NCBI GenBank assembly: GCA_964057225.1
Contig: OZ059899.1
Location: forward strand, 8,804,001-8,868,000
From: Auanema rhodensis
Taxonomy: Eukaryota > Animalia > Nematoda
Direction of reading: 5' to 3'
Length of the DNA: 64,000 bases
Shown here: positions 52,701 to 64,000 of the stretch, in pieces
How the letters are laid out: each line of letters starts with the position of its first letter
Position numbering within the stretch: the stretch's first letter is position 1
The notes under the pieces: generated by a model
Databases searched by the model: none
What the model was told of the DNA's origin: nothing
What the model saw: the letters and a program-made list of their open reading frames with translations, nothing else
Translations under genes and position numbers: made by a program

Positions 52701-55700
52701 GTTTATATGCTCATTGACCCTAATGATGTTTTGTGATATTCATCTAGCATTTTCCATGCAACTTATGATCTTTTTTTCCTATCCTTGACTATATTGTCAA
52801 CTCTTTACGACATTTCTGATCTTTTTTCTGCTAATGGCCGCTTGCTCTCGGCTAAATGGGATTTCCTCGTTATTCATATGAAGACAAATAACGTCTGAGG
52901 AATCTTGCAGAATTGTAGTCTCGCGCTTTGTCATATCCGTTTTCGTCTATTTGCGTTAATATCAGGCTGAATACTGAGAAACAGCAAATCTCAAATAACT
53001 ATTAGTTTTGAGTATACCATTTCATATTCAATAAAATAACATTTGTTTTCATTTTTTTTAACTTCAAAAATATTAATTTTTAATTTGAAAATTAATACAT
53101 TCATATCTATTCTAAACATTCATCGATGTAGTCTTCTGTTTATGAACCTGATGGAGAAACTTAAAAACTTCTTACCAAGCATGAAGCATAAAATTGCCGG
53201 AAACTATAACCTGAAAAGGGAATCCTACACAATCTCATTTCTTAAATTCGAAAGTTTAAAATGTAGCAAGCAATGTTTCAGCTTAAAACAGAAAAAAAAT
53301 TTTTTTTCCCGAAATTTGTATGACTTATTGAAGACGAAAAGAGAAAACTGTAAAATACTTTTCTTTTTATTTCTTACATACATAATAGTATTTAGAAATA
53401 TTTTGAAAGTTAAAATAGAAGAAAAAAGAAAGGGAAAGAGGTTGGAAGAGAAATAGAAGAACAACGAAATGCGAAATAACCAAGAAATGAAGGTTTTGAT
53501 CTAAAAAAACATGATATAAAGCTTGAAGTGCTTTTAAAAAATCAAGCAAACTGTTATAAATATGTATATAAAAGAATATAAAATGATATCATTTTTATTT
53601 CAAAAATATATATTAATTTTTTAAAAATAATAATATATTTCTTGAAATATATGATGTTTGATACAAATAAATAATTATTAAATTTGATTAAATTGTATAT
53701 ATTCTTTATTATTCACAAAACAATTTTTTCAACAACACTTTTTTTTTGCTTAAATTGCAAAACAAATTTATTTCGTTTTAGAAAAGCTGATTTTGTTTTC
53801 TATTACCTCTTCATTTGTAACCATGAGTATTTGGAATGTAGAATGTATCTCCACTTCTGTTTTACAAATTACATCTTAAAGAACATCAAAATGGTTTCCA
53901 ACAACGTAACCACTTTAGAATTAAACGATAGTAGAAATTTCATGTGGAATATTTTGAAGAAAACATTCTTAGAGCATAGAATATACATGAATTATATCTA
54001 TAGATATTTATAATTTGTTCACATAGTTTGCAAAGTTGTATATATTCATTTACTTAGAATATATATACATATTTATCGATGAATGTATATACATACATCG
54101 ATAAAGAGAAAAAGAAAGAGAGAGAGAGACAATTTGACAAAGAGTTAATTCTTCATCATACAACCGTATTTCTTCATTATTATCTATATTAAATATTGGT
54201 TTATAAAGTTTATAAAATTTTAATATACTTATATATGTATGAATGCGAATAGATCTCGTTCTAGTATTATGATTCCAAATAAAGAAAACAGATCGAGATA
54301 TAGATAAAACGTGGTGCAAATTTTTGAAAATAGCTGAAATATCCATCAATCATATGGAAGGAGACGTCACTTATGTTCATCGAACTTTTCATTTTCGAAA
54401 TTAGCCAATGCTTTTGATGGTTTTGTTTATAGATTCTTGAGCTATATTCAGTTTGATGTATTAATGCGGAAAAATGAATTTGTCCATCCGGTACATCAAA
54501 AAATAAATGAGCACTTAGTATGTAATGGTCTCTGCTCATTTAATCAATGAACTGTATACACATGCTTGTAAGTTGTATGCTTCATCTATGTCATCATCTC
54601 TTTCTCTCGTTCTCTCTGAATTTCTTGTGATTTCTTGAGATTTAGTTGTTGTATTTGAAATACTTCATGACACTTGTCTTTTTTCATAATGTAACTAATC
54701 GAAAAAATCGTTTACCATGTAACTAAGAAGAAATTTTGATCGAACTCTTGTGAGACATTGATCGATTGTGCAAATCTGAGCGTTCTCTTATATTATATAT
54801 CAATTTCTTAACAACACTCAAGTTTGCTTTCAGTGGCAAGCATAGAGAGACGGCAGAAAAGTTAGTAAAAGTGAGAGGACAAGTGTTGAAGCAACCATAT
54901 TCACTTTTCCCTCGTTATATTAGTCTTAAGCTTTCTATCTCTCTATTTCTGCTGTTCCTTGTCTCTCTCTAATTGTCTCTTTCTTATTATATCCTCTCTC
55001 ACTCCTTCTCTACTACTTCTGTTACTACTCTGGTGTAGACTGGTGGCCAATGTGGTGGGAAAAGTGGGCGTGTCAACTGGACATGTGGCCAAGGCCGGAA
55101 TCGATCGGATTCCATCCGAGAGAGAGAGAGAGGGGCTGGTCTAAGCCTTAGTAGACGGAACGACGACGAACCAACGAAGACCTTAGGGGCTTCTCAAGCA
55201 GCATAGCCACTCTAACAGCATCCAAAGCTCCCTTTTCTTGCTCTCCCTATTTCTCTAGCTAGCTTTCTTGTCTCCCGCAGTCAGCAGAAGCAGAACCCTA
55301 AACCCCTCTACTGCAGCAACCATCAAGACGACGACATCCACGGCGTCAAGCGTGAATCTGCGCCAGCTATCTAGTCAGCTGCTGAAGTAGGGCTATCGAC
55401 AGCGCAGCTTTAAGAAAATCATCAGCAATTCAGTCGCTTCATCTTCGTCGCCAACGACATCCGACTTAAGAAACACTAGACTTAACCTCTAAACGTTTAG
55501 TACAAATTCTGGAGTCGCTAACTATTTTAAAAATTCAACGGACAACGTCCTGTCGTCCAGCTAAACCATATCAAATATTCAATTTTTTATTCAATGTCGT
55601 CGAGCGTACAAGCGGCTGACGCCCAAGTAGCTCAAGTAACAGTTCCTCAACAGGTAGGACTCTTATTTTTAAACTAATAATGCAAAAACTGGGTTTTATT

Positions 55701-58700
55701 ACTGCGTTAACACTCACTACTTCTACTATTTGTATAATATTTGTGATAATATTCTGATTGTTGTTTGGAAAAAAGTTGTTGATTATTTGCAAATAAGTTT
55801 AAGTTAAAGCCAAAAGGTTTAATATATTACAAAAGAAGAAATTGAATTTTATTCAAAACAGAATTATAAACTTTTCTTCGTTAACCTTATGATAAGTTGT
55901 ATAATCTGAAGAAAAATTGAAAAATACAATAATTTTTCGGAAACAAGTAAAAAATAAATGTTTGGGAATATATTATAAGACAGAAGTGTAGAAAGTTGAA
56001 ATTATAGTCAATTCATAGATGCACTAATCACCAACCTTCTACTTGAGTAGGACACTGATCATGACATTTCTTTCGAAAAAAAAATGGGCGGAGCTCAGAC
56101 ATTATCTATCTCGCCACAAATGCTTCAGAAGAACTAACTTCCAACGAAGGAAAGAGATAACACTGAAGGTCTTCTTTTGCCTACCCACTTCTCTTTTCTT
56201 ATCCTGGATTCATTCCATCTCTCTAGTATATTCGTTTTTTCTATTCCTTTTACTTCCTCTACATCTCCATCTACAGCTAGCCCATTTCCAACTCCCTGGT
56301 TCTCAAGATCGGGAACAGAGCTGATTGAGAGACTCTACGAAAAAAGAGAGAAAGTGTGTAAATGAGTAAGAGAGGGAAGCAGATAAAGAAAGAGAAAAGA
56401 AGAGAGTGACAGGGAGGCGGAGTCAGGTATTCTTCTTATTCGCCTTCATCACTTCTCAACAACATCAGTTCGTTGTTAGACCAGGAGCAGCTGGTCTTGG
56501 GCTGGATACCAGTAGTGCGTGTGGACTGAAATCAAAAATTACACGTTTTTGATATCTATCTAATCATTCAACTGCGGCCAAAACTTAGATCATTCGGATT
56601 AACAATTCCTAACCACTTGATATCTCATCCCACATATCTTATTCTATCCTCCGCACAATAAATACAAAGCTAGTAAAGATATTCAAGCATTTATTTTATT
56701 CTGAACTGCATATTCTCTATTCTATATTCACTAATCTATCGACAAAAAATAGTTCTAACCAAATTCGTAGTTAGATAGGGACTCTGTTATTTCTGTAGAT
56801 GGATTCGACCGTTTTTCATAACAGTCTTTTGGCAGTGCTTATTGGTTCATTCCTTGTGTTTATCGTGTGCGTCCTTTGTATAGGAGCTGCTTCCGATCGA
56901 GGCCTTTGCTGTCGTGACGCAGGCAATAATTCGAACGTGTTGCACAAAAACGTAGAAGCTGGAGTAGCCGAGTGTATCTGCGATAGTAAAAAAGGATTTC
57001 CACCATCTACACATCCGCCTGCGCTAGCAAACTCACTACAGGTTCCTGTACGTAACAGTACGAAGCTAGAATCAACGTCACAAAAGTTGAAACGCGTGTT
57101 ACCACCAGTAGTTCATCTGAATGGTAACGGAGCGTGCTGTTCTTCTCTGAATCTAAATTCATCTAGTAAATCAACAGAAAGAAACGGAACAATACCATCA
57201 TCCATATTACCCCAAGATAGTACCATAACCCAGGTCTTAACGTCATCTCAGCAGTATTTGTATGATGACGAAGATGAAAATTATGGATTCGATATGCAGT
57301 TTGATAGTGGTAATTTTTTTATATTTCTTTATTTATTTCTCTTTTTTTTCTCATTTTTATGGAAATTTTTATGAATAATTTTTTTTTATCTATATATAAT
57401 AGCTTATTCATAAATTCAAAATTTTCTAATTTTAAAAAGACTCGTAGTTCAGTAGTAACTTTTACTTTTTTTATTTCCAAACCTGACTTGAAATACTTAG
57501 AAACACCCCCGGAAACGTCTAATCCCTTTCAAAAATTTGAAGGATTTGTCGTTCTCTTTGCATTAATGCTTCATTATTTTTTATGCTATTTCCATAATCC
57601 ATATACTATTTATGAAGATGAAGGAGCAAAAATCGAACTTAAATCAGCATCTCTATCATTCCTTCGTATTTGATTCTTTTCTAATTTATTCTCATCATAA
57701 AGCTAAACGTTCGTTATTGCAAAGGTTCACAATCTTTCCTAAACAGACTATTATTCAGTTTGTTTTTGTTTTCCTGAAAAACAATTCATATAAGCTAAAT
57801 GCAAAAAAAAAACTTTCTAAAAAAGTGTGGAAAAGTACCATTCTGAACGATTGTTTATTTTTTTTTCCCATTTTCATCTTCAAATTTAAAATGAGTTTAT
57901 TGGCTCATTTCACTAAACAAAATTCAAGTTCAATATGTTTAACTACTTGTTTATTTGTAAAAATGTTGTTGAATTTTGATATGAAACTTCATATTTCACA
58001 CCTGGTGGAGAGCTGAACGCTTATATCGTTAGTTTAAAACTAAGACTAGTTGAGCTAAAATCGCGGATCCGAAATAGATTATCCGGATAAGATGAGAACA
58101 CCTGGCTAAGGTGCTGTGAATCTAATCATTCTTATCTCTTTTTCGTGTCTCTGGTCCTATCCCTATGAATGCACATATCGTCGACCTTTCTTCCGGATTC
58201 ATTTTTCTAACTTCATTTCGTTTTCTTCTATTCTATCCCGGACCCCGTCTGACAGAATTCAACTTTTGAAAAGATTTCTTAACAGTTGTTCATCAAACGA
58301 CAAAGCTGCATTACAACCATAAAACTTTTCGTTTCAAACTAAGAAGAAAATCACTCAAATGAGACAAGTACGAGACATGCTTGTAAAATCTACAACAATT
58401 TCAGTGTTAACACATGATGCTTTTTTGTTGTTAATAATATCATTGTTGGTACAAAGTCGTTTTGACTAAATGTAAAGAGAATATTACAAAACACTTGATC
58501 CTTTGAAGTAATTGTTAAGAATATTCTATAATATACTGATTTCTTTACACCAAATTCGTTAAACATTGATTGGAAAGTTAGTACTAATATAGATCAACGT
58601 TTACAATGTTTTGATTTCTTTTTGAAAGTTGCCAATAGAATTCAGCCAATGACAACCGCAGATGCTATAAAATTCTTGTAAATGACGCTTTAAAAATAAA

Positions 58701-61700
58701 TTCAGGGTTTTCTCTCAAATTTCTTTAAAATAATATCATATCTTTTCAGTTGTATGATAAAATATCTCAACTTAAATGTGGGCCAGTAACAACAGAACAA
58801 GAAGCATCATCGCTTAAACGAGATGTATGTTTTAATATTATACATATATAGTTAATTGTTATTATAAACTATATTATTTTAGGTTATTGCAGCAATTGAT
58901 TCTTTATTAGGACCATCACCAGAATCCCGAGAGCTTCGACAACTTCTTCTTGCAAATGATTTAACTGTAAGTATAATATTTGCAAATATTTATTAACTTA
59001 TATTTGATTGTATTGTATCAAAATGATCGTTTCAGTCTTGTCTTCAAGCTCACGATGTTATAGTTTCTGAAGTTTGCGATGAAGACCGTACATCACCTAC
59101 ACAACAGTCACAACCATTAAATAATGTCTCAGGAGTAAGTTGAATATCTAAAAATATTTTGTTGAATTTTTTTGTGAATTTTGATTATTCATCTATAGAC
59201 ACCTCCACCAGTTCCATATTCATATTTAAATGGCGGAGTATTACCATTAGGAGCTAACAAAGCTGGAACATCAACTGAAGAATTCCCTGCTAGTCTTGGT
59301 ATTTATTTTTTTTAATTTTACAATTTATTCCAAATATATTGTTATAGGTGAAGATGACGATGACTTGATGGACTCTGTTTCGAGAGTACGTTTGGTTCAG
59401 TTCCAAAAGGACACAGAAGAGCCAATGGGTATAACACTCAAGGTTCGTTTCGTTTTCAATATTCTATGGACTCTTGGACTCTTGAGTAGAACTCAATTAG
59501 TACAAGAAGAAAGTGAAAGGAAAATTACATTTGTATTTTGCATGATTACTCTTTGAAATTAATTTGTTTAGGTAACAGAAGATGGACGATGCTTTGTTGC
59601 TCGAATCATGCATGGTGGAATGATTCATAGGCAAGGCAAGTATAAACATTTATATAATATTATATTATTTCAAACTTTTATTTGTCTTAGAATATATTAA
59701 TTTATAAATTTATTAGATTTATTATACAATGTTAAGATCCTTCACACTTATTCTTTCGACTATATATCTCTTTCTCTCTCTTAAGCATTACGTAGTACAC
59801 TCTCTTCATTTCTTTACTTCACTCTCATTTCCGATGTGCTCTCTCTCAGATACATCTTTTACTTACTAAACTCTCTTACTTTTTCCCGTTAGTTCTGACT
59901 ACTTCTTCTACTCTAATCTAATTCCATGTTCTCAATGGTCCTCGGAAGATGCACATTCACTTCTAACTCATAAGGGAAAAAGCCTATGTTGCTTAATTTT
60001 CAATACATTTCTTGTATACATATAAGGCTCTAATCCAACAAGTTGAAATTGAAAATCGGATTCTCAACTGAATTTCGCAAAAATTTATTTCAAATGTTTA
60101 ACAATATGTTTTCAGCTACATTGCATGTTGGAGATGAAATACGAGAAATAAACGGCATTTCAGTAGGACATAGATCAGTTGAGACATTGCAGCAAATGCT
60201 AAGAGATGCAAGAGGACAAGTGAGCAAGAATACCAAACATAGCTTTTGACATATATAATTTAGGTTACATTCAAAATAGTTCCATCTTATCGATCAGCTC
60301 CACCTGCTTGTGAAATCTTTGTCAGGGCTCAATTCGACTACGATCCAGCACAAGATGACTTAATTCCCTGTCCACAAGCGGGAGTACCATTCAAAACGGG
60401 AGATATTCTACAAGTGAGTATACAATCTGTGTTTTATATATATATTTCATTAACATTTAGGTTATATCTAAAGATGATCATAACTGGTGGCAAGCACGAT
60501 TTGTATCTTGTTTTCCTTCACTTGGTGGAAATTTATCATCTACTAGTAGTGGACAAGGCACAATTGCTGGCTTAATTCCTTCTCCTGAACTACAGGAATG
60601 GAGAACAGCTTGTTTAGCTATGGAAAGAGCAAAAGATCATTGTAAAACTTAAATCATATTTTCTATTTATAATAACTTTGTTTTAAGCTCATTGCATGTG
60701 GTTCAATCGTAAAAAGAAGTATTATACAACCAAGTATTTGCAAAAACATTCTGCTCTATTCGATCAGTTAGATCTTGTTACCTATGAGGAGGTTTTAAAT
60801 TATTAAAAAAGGGACAAGTATCACATAATATTCTTAGGTTATGAGGCTATCACAATACCGTCGTAAAACATTGGTATTACTTGGAGCTCATGGGGTTGGC
60901 CGTCGTCATATCAAAAATACATTAATTCATCGTCATCCAAATCGTTTTGCCTATCCAATACCACGTAAGTTATAATACAAATTACCTAATTATATCGATT
61001 ATGCATTTCAGATACAACAAGACCACCTCGTAAAGATGAAGTAGACGGAAAACATTACTTCTTTGTGTCTAATGATCAAATGATGTCAGATATACAGAAT
61101 AATGAATACTTAGAATATGGAACACACGAAGAAAGTAAGATTTACGTTTTTTTTTTTAAACTTTAAATAAAGATGAAAAACTGAAATTTGAGAAAGGTAA
61201 TGATATACATATGTATGTATGAATATGAAAAGTTGTAATGATCCAATGCAAATGTGAAAAAAAAACATGATTTATCTAAGCTTGTTCATTTGAGGTATGT
61301 ATGGTACAAAGTTGGAAACTATTCGAAACATTCATAAAAGTGGAAAGATTGCTATTTTGGATGTTGAACCACAGGCTTTAAAAGTTTTACGAACGGCAGA
61401 GTATTCTCCATTTGTTGTCTTCATTGCTGCTCCAAATTTACAAGGTCTCCAAGATGTGAGTTTTTCTTTATTTACTTGATGATATTTTCAACTTTTTTTT
61501 TCTTAAATTAATAATGATTTATATAAATATTTATAAATTAACTATTTTCAGCCGGATGGTTCATTGGAGCGCTTATTACGTGAATCGGAAATTTTGCGAC
61601 AAGCATTCGGTCATCTTTTCGACTACATCATTGTAAATAATGATATAGGTTAGTATTTTGAATATTGTTTATAATAATTATAATAATATTATATTATATA

Positions 61701-61806
61701 AGATATATAAAGTATATTTTCAGATGATACTATTACTCAATTAGAGCGTATAGTTGAGAAGTTACCAGCTTGTCCCCAGTGGTTACCCGTTTCATGGGTG
61801 TACTAA
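49781..61806 (+). CDS. lin-2: LIN-2/CASK MAGUK (CaMK-like, L27, PDZ, SH3, guanylate kinase)
   Basis: [28 protein letters not shown]; [14 protein letters not shown]; [20 protein letters not shown]; [26 protein letters not shown]; [10 protein letters not shown]; [12 protein letters not shown]; [15 protein letters not shown]; [10 protein letters not shown]; QWLPVSWVY*. Confidence 0.97.
52338..52391 (+). CDS. Putative alternative first exon of lin-2 ([18 protein letters not shown]), kinase-less L27 isoform
   Basis: AG acceptor 2 nt before ATG; 18 codons; GTATGT donor, phase 0 matching the next exon at 52511. Confidence 0.6.
54940..55593 (+). promoter_or_regulatory. GC-rich internal promoter / 5' leader inside the large lin-2 intron
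   Basis: Abrupt GC rise, CT/GA tracts, CCAAT and GGGCGTG boxes, directly upstream of ATG exon 55594. Confidence 0.4.
55594..55653 (+). CDS. Putative alternative first exon ([20 protein letters not shown])
   Basis: 20 open codons ending CAG|GTAGGA; phase 0, compatible with the exons starting at 56799 or 58750. Confidence 0.5.
56799..57309 (+). CDS. Transmembrane-segment-encoding exon within the lin-2 intron (probable alternative lin-2 N-terminus)
   Basis: TGTAG|ATG acceptor; 170 codons; hydrophobic [22 protein letters not shown] followed by LCC; G|GTAATT donor where composition drops to intron-like. Confidence 0.7.
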
Positions 61807-62403
61807 ATGGCTTTTGGCATATGTACTTATATTTTCTCAACAAAGTATTTTATTTACTATGTTGTGTAAATATATTTCTATGCTGATATACTATTTGAAA
61901 ATCACCAAACTATTGCTGATTCTTCTGTGATGTTTACATTCCCAGCTCAAGGCCTACATAAGTTTACATGGTTCATCAATTTATCTTTTATCTTGGTTTA
62001 GTTAAGGATTTTTGCAAAGTTTTTTTTTCAATGGTGCTCCTTCATTATCACTGTTATTATTGATGTCTCTTGTTCTCTATGCCTTTCTTTTTTAGAAATA
62101 TTTTCCAAATTCTTTAGGAATTTCTTAACTTCCAAAGTGTCCTTATTTTGTTTTATTATTTAAATTATATTGCTATAAAGATTTTTATGTTCAATTACTT
62201 TTATATAATTTATTGAAATACTAATGAAAAGATAATAATATAATCAACTATTCCAAAAAATAACCTGTTATATATTAAAAAGTATTATTACTAGATTAAA
62301 AATAATAAGAATATGCACTAATTTTATGATAATTGTATGTGAAGCATTATTATCATCAGATGAAGTATTACTTGTATTCAATTAAAAACACATTATATAT
62401 AAA

Positions 62404-62432
62404 GAGAGAACGAGAAAGTGAGAGAACGAGAA

Positions 62433-62488
<56 letters not shown>
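62404..62488. repeat. (GA)n microsatellite preceded by a 16-bp direct repeat
   Basis: gagagaacgagaaagt x2, then about 26 GA units. Confidence 0.95.
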
Positions 62489-62491
<3 letters not shown>

Positions 62492-62523
62492 GGAGATACC
62501 TATGTACATCCATGACCCATCTT

Positions 62524-64000
62524 TTATGGTAAATATCCATCTATTTTTTCCATGAACTGTTTTTCCAATTCTTCGAAGTTTTCTATAAGGGCTATCCTTA
62601 ACGGCTTTTCTAAGGAATCATCCTTCTCCAACAACTTTTTTGCAACAAAAGCAAATGTATCGCAATCATTTCGGAAAGCCTGAAAAGAGAAAAATGAATT
62701 TATTAAAGATTTAAGAAATTATTTACAAACCAATTCAAGTTTTTTCTTTTTGACTAAAAATCTCTCCAAATCTATTTCATTCAACGAAGTTATTTTTTCA
62801 TCACTAAAGTTAAATTGTATTCAATACATTCAGTGATAATATATTAATCACCGTAAACGGCTTCGAAGTTCATCATCAAGATCATCAGGTTTTGATAGAT
62901 TAGACAATCGTAGCTTTTTATTATCTTAATCGCATAACTTATTTAATAATATTGAACTTTATCTTACCACTTCCACTACAACTCACAGCTTTAACTGTCA
63001 TTAAAGCATTATTTTGAATATCTTTAAGTTCGTGAAAGTACTGAGATACTTTCAAACATGTTGTTTGGAATGAAGCTCTAGTCTAAACAATTTACTTAAG
63101 AATAAGATAAGAAAAACTTTGAATCATTTTTACCTGAGCTGTAGGATCACCTACTTTAGATGGCGGAGAATTTTCAAAACTATTTTCTTCTACGTTCACT
63201 GATATGCTTTGTCTTTTATTTTCTGTTTGTTGTCGTGGTAAATTAATAGATGATCGAACTTGTTTAGGAATTAAGCTTGTTGGTAGAAGCTTCACAGTTA
63301 GTGGATTGAAGGAAGAGGTTGAAGAAGGTTCTTCCTTAGATACTGCAGCTTGAAGCTCATTAACATCATCTGTTGATTCACTTCTTATTTTTCTGCAAAA
63401 TATCGATATTTATCTGGTTTCAAACTAAATACCAAAATTATAGCAATCATGTATTTACTGACGTTTTACGAATTAGAAGCTGCTCTTCGTGAATGGAATC
63501 GTATGACTGTATGTTTGGACTCGGAGTTCGTGATTTTGGAGAATCTATATCATCTATAGCTGGCTCGTCGATTGTTGTTGGTTCCAATATTTTTAAAGTT
63601 ACATCCTCAAATAAAAATAGGTTTTTGATTCCATAAAATATAAAATAAATACTTTTAAATTGATCTTCAATTGGTTTGTAGGAGCGACATTTTTTTCAGA
63701 CTTATTCAAGAGCAGTGGCGTTTCAGAATTTTCGCTAGTGGACATTGTCTCTGGATTTTCCTTATCATCTGAAAATGATGCCCTGTTTTCATTTTCTAAC
63801 ATTTGATTTATAATTCGTTTAGAATTATATTGACCATTCAATTGTTTGTCGCTTAGAGAGCGTGGGCTGTTCGAATCTCGTTTAGAATGTTCTGATGATG
63901 TACTTCTACTTCGAGAATATCGAGAAGATCTATATTATATTTTTTGATTAAAGAAAATTTTATCTGTTAGAGCAACCTTTCTTTTTCTCTTCGACGGCCT
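62524..64000 (-). CDS. Periphilin-like protein, 3' part (5' end outside window)
   Basis: Last exons encode DLERFLVKKKKLEL|AFRNDCDTFAFVAKKLLEKDDSLEKPLRIALIENFEELEKQFMEKIDGYLP*, resembling the periphilin C-terminal helices; upstream exons are S/R-rich and disordered. Confidence 0.65.

Noticed and set aside
53043-54539. Long ORFs in the lin-2 intron (also 57359-58322)
   Set aside because: Extremely AT-rich, no domain, no compatible splice sites, unlike the 56799 exon

Overview
AT-rich eukaryotic genomic DNA, almost certainly nematode. Evidence: TTTCAG/TTTTAG acceptors, many ~40-50 nt introns, ATGs directly behind splice acceptors as expected for SL trans-splicing, and a ground-like gene. The species cannot be determined from the sequence. 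I spliced the gene models by eye. In order: first exon of an unknown gene running off the left edge (-); S28 serine carboxypeptidase with a GPI-like tail (-); metallo-beta-lactamase-fold protein with a degenerate second metal site (+); decayed mariner; two tandem paralogous single-pass coiled-coil membrane proteins (-); PPIG-type RS cyclophilin (-); threonyl-tRNA synthetase (-); LACTB2 (+); neprilysin (-); ground-like protein (-); an orphan gene (+); TSC22/bunched-family tsct-1 (-); lin-2/CASK (+); and a 3'-partial periphilin-like gene (-). Highlights: (1) a hidden transmembrane exon in the big lin-2 intron that is phase-compatible with the PDZ exon, suggesting a membrane-anchored MAGUK; (2) a cryptic mitochondrial presequence on tars-1, started either by an AUG micro-exon inside a 166-bp tandem duplication or by tandem ACG-ACG codons; (3) a periphilin (HUSH-subunit)-like C-terminal domain in a nematode. 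Exon boundaries and family calls come from motif recognition and recalled sequences, not database searches.
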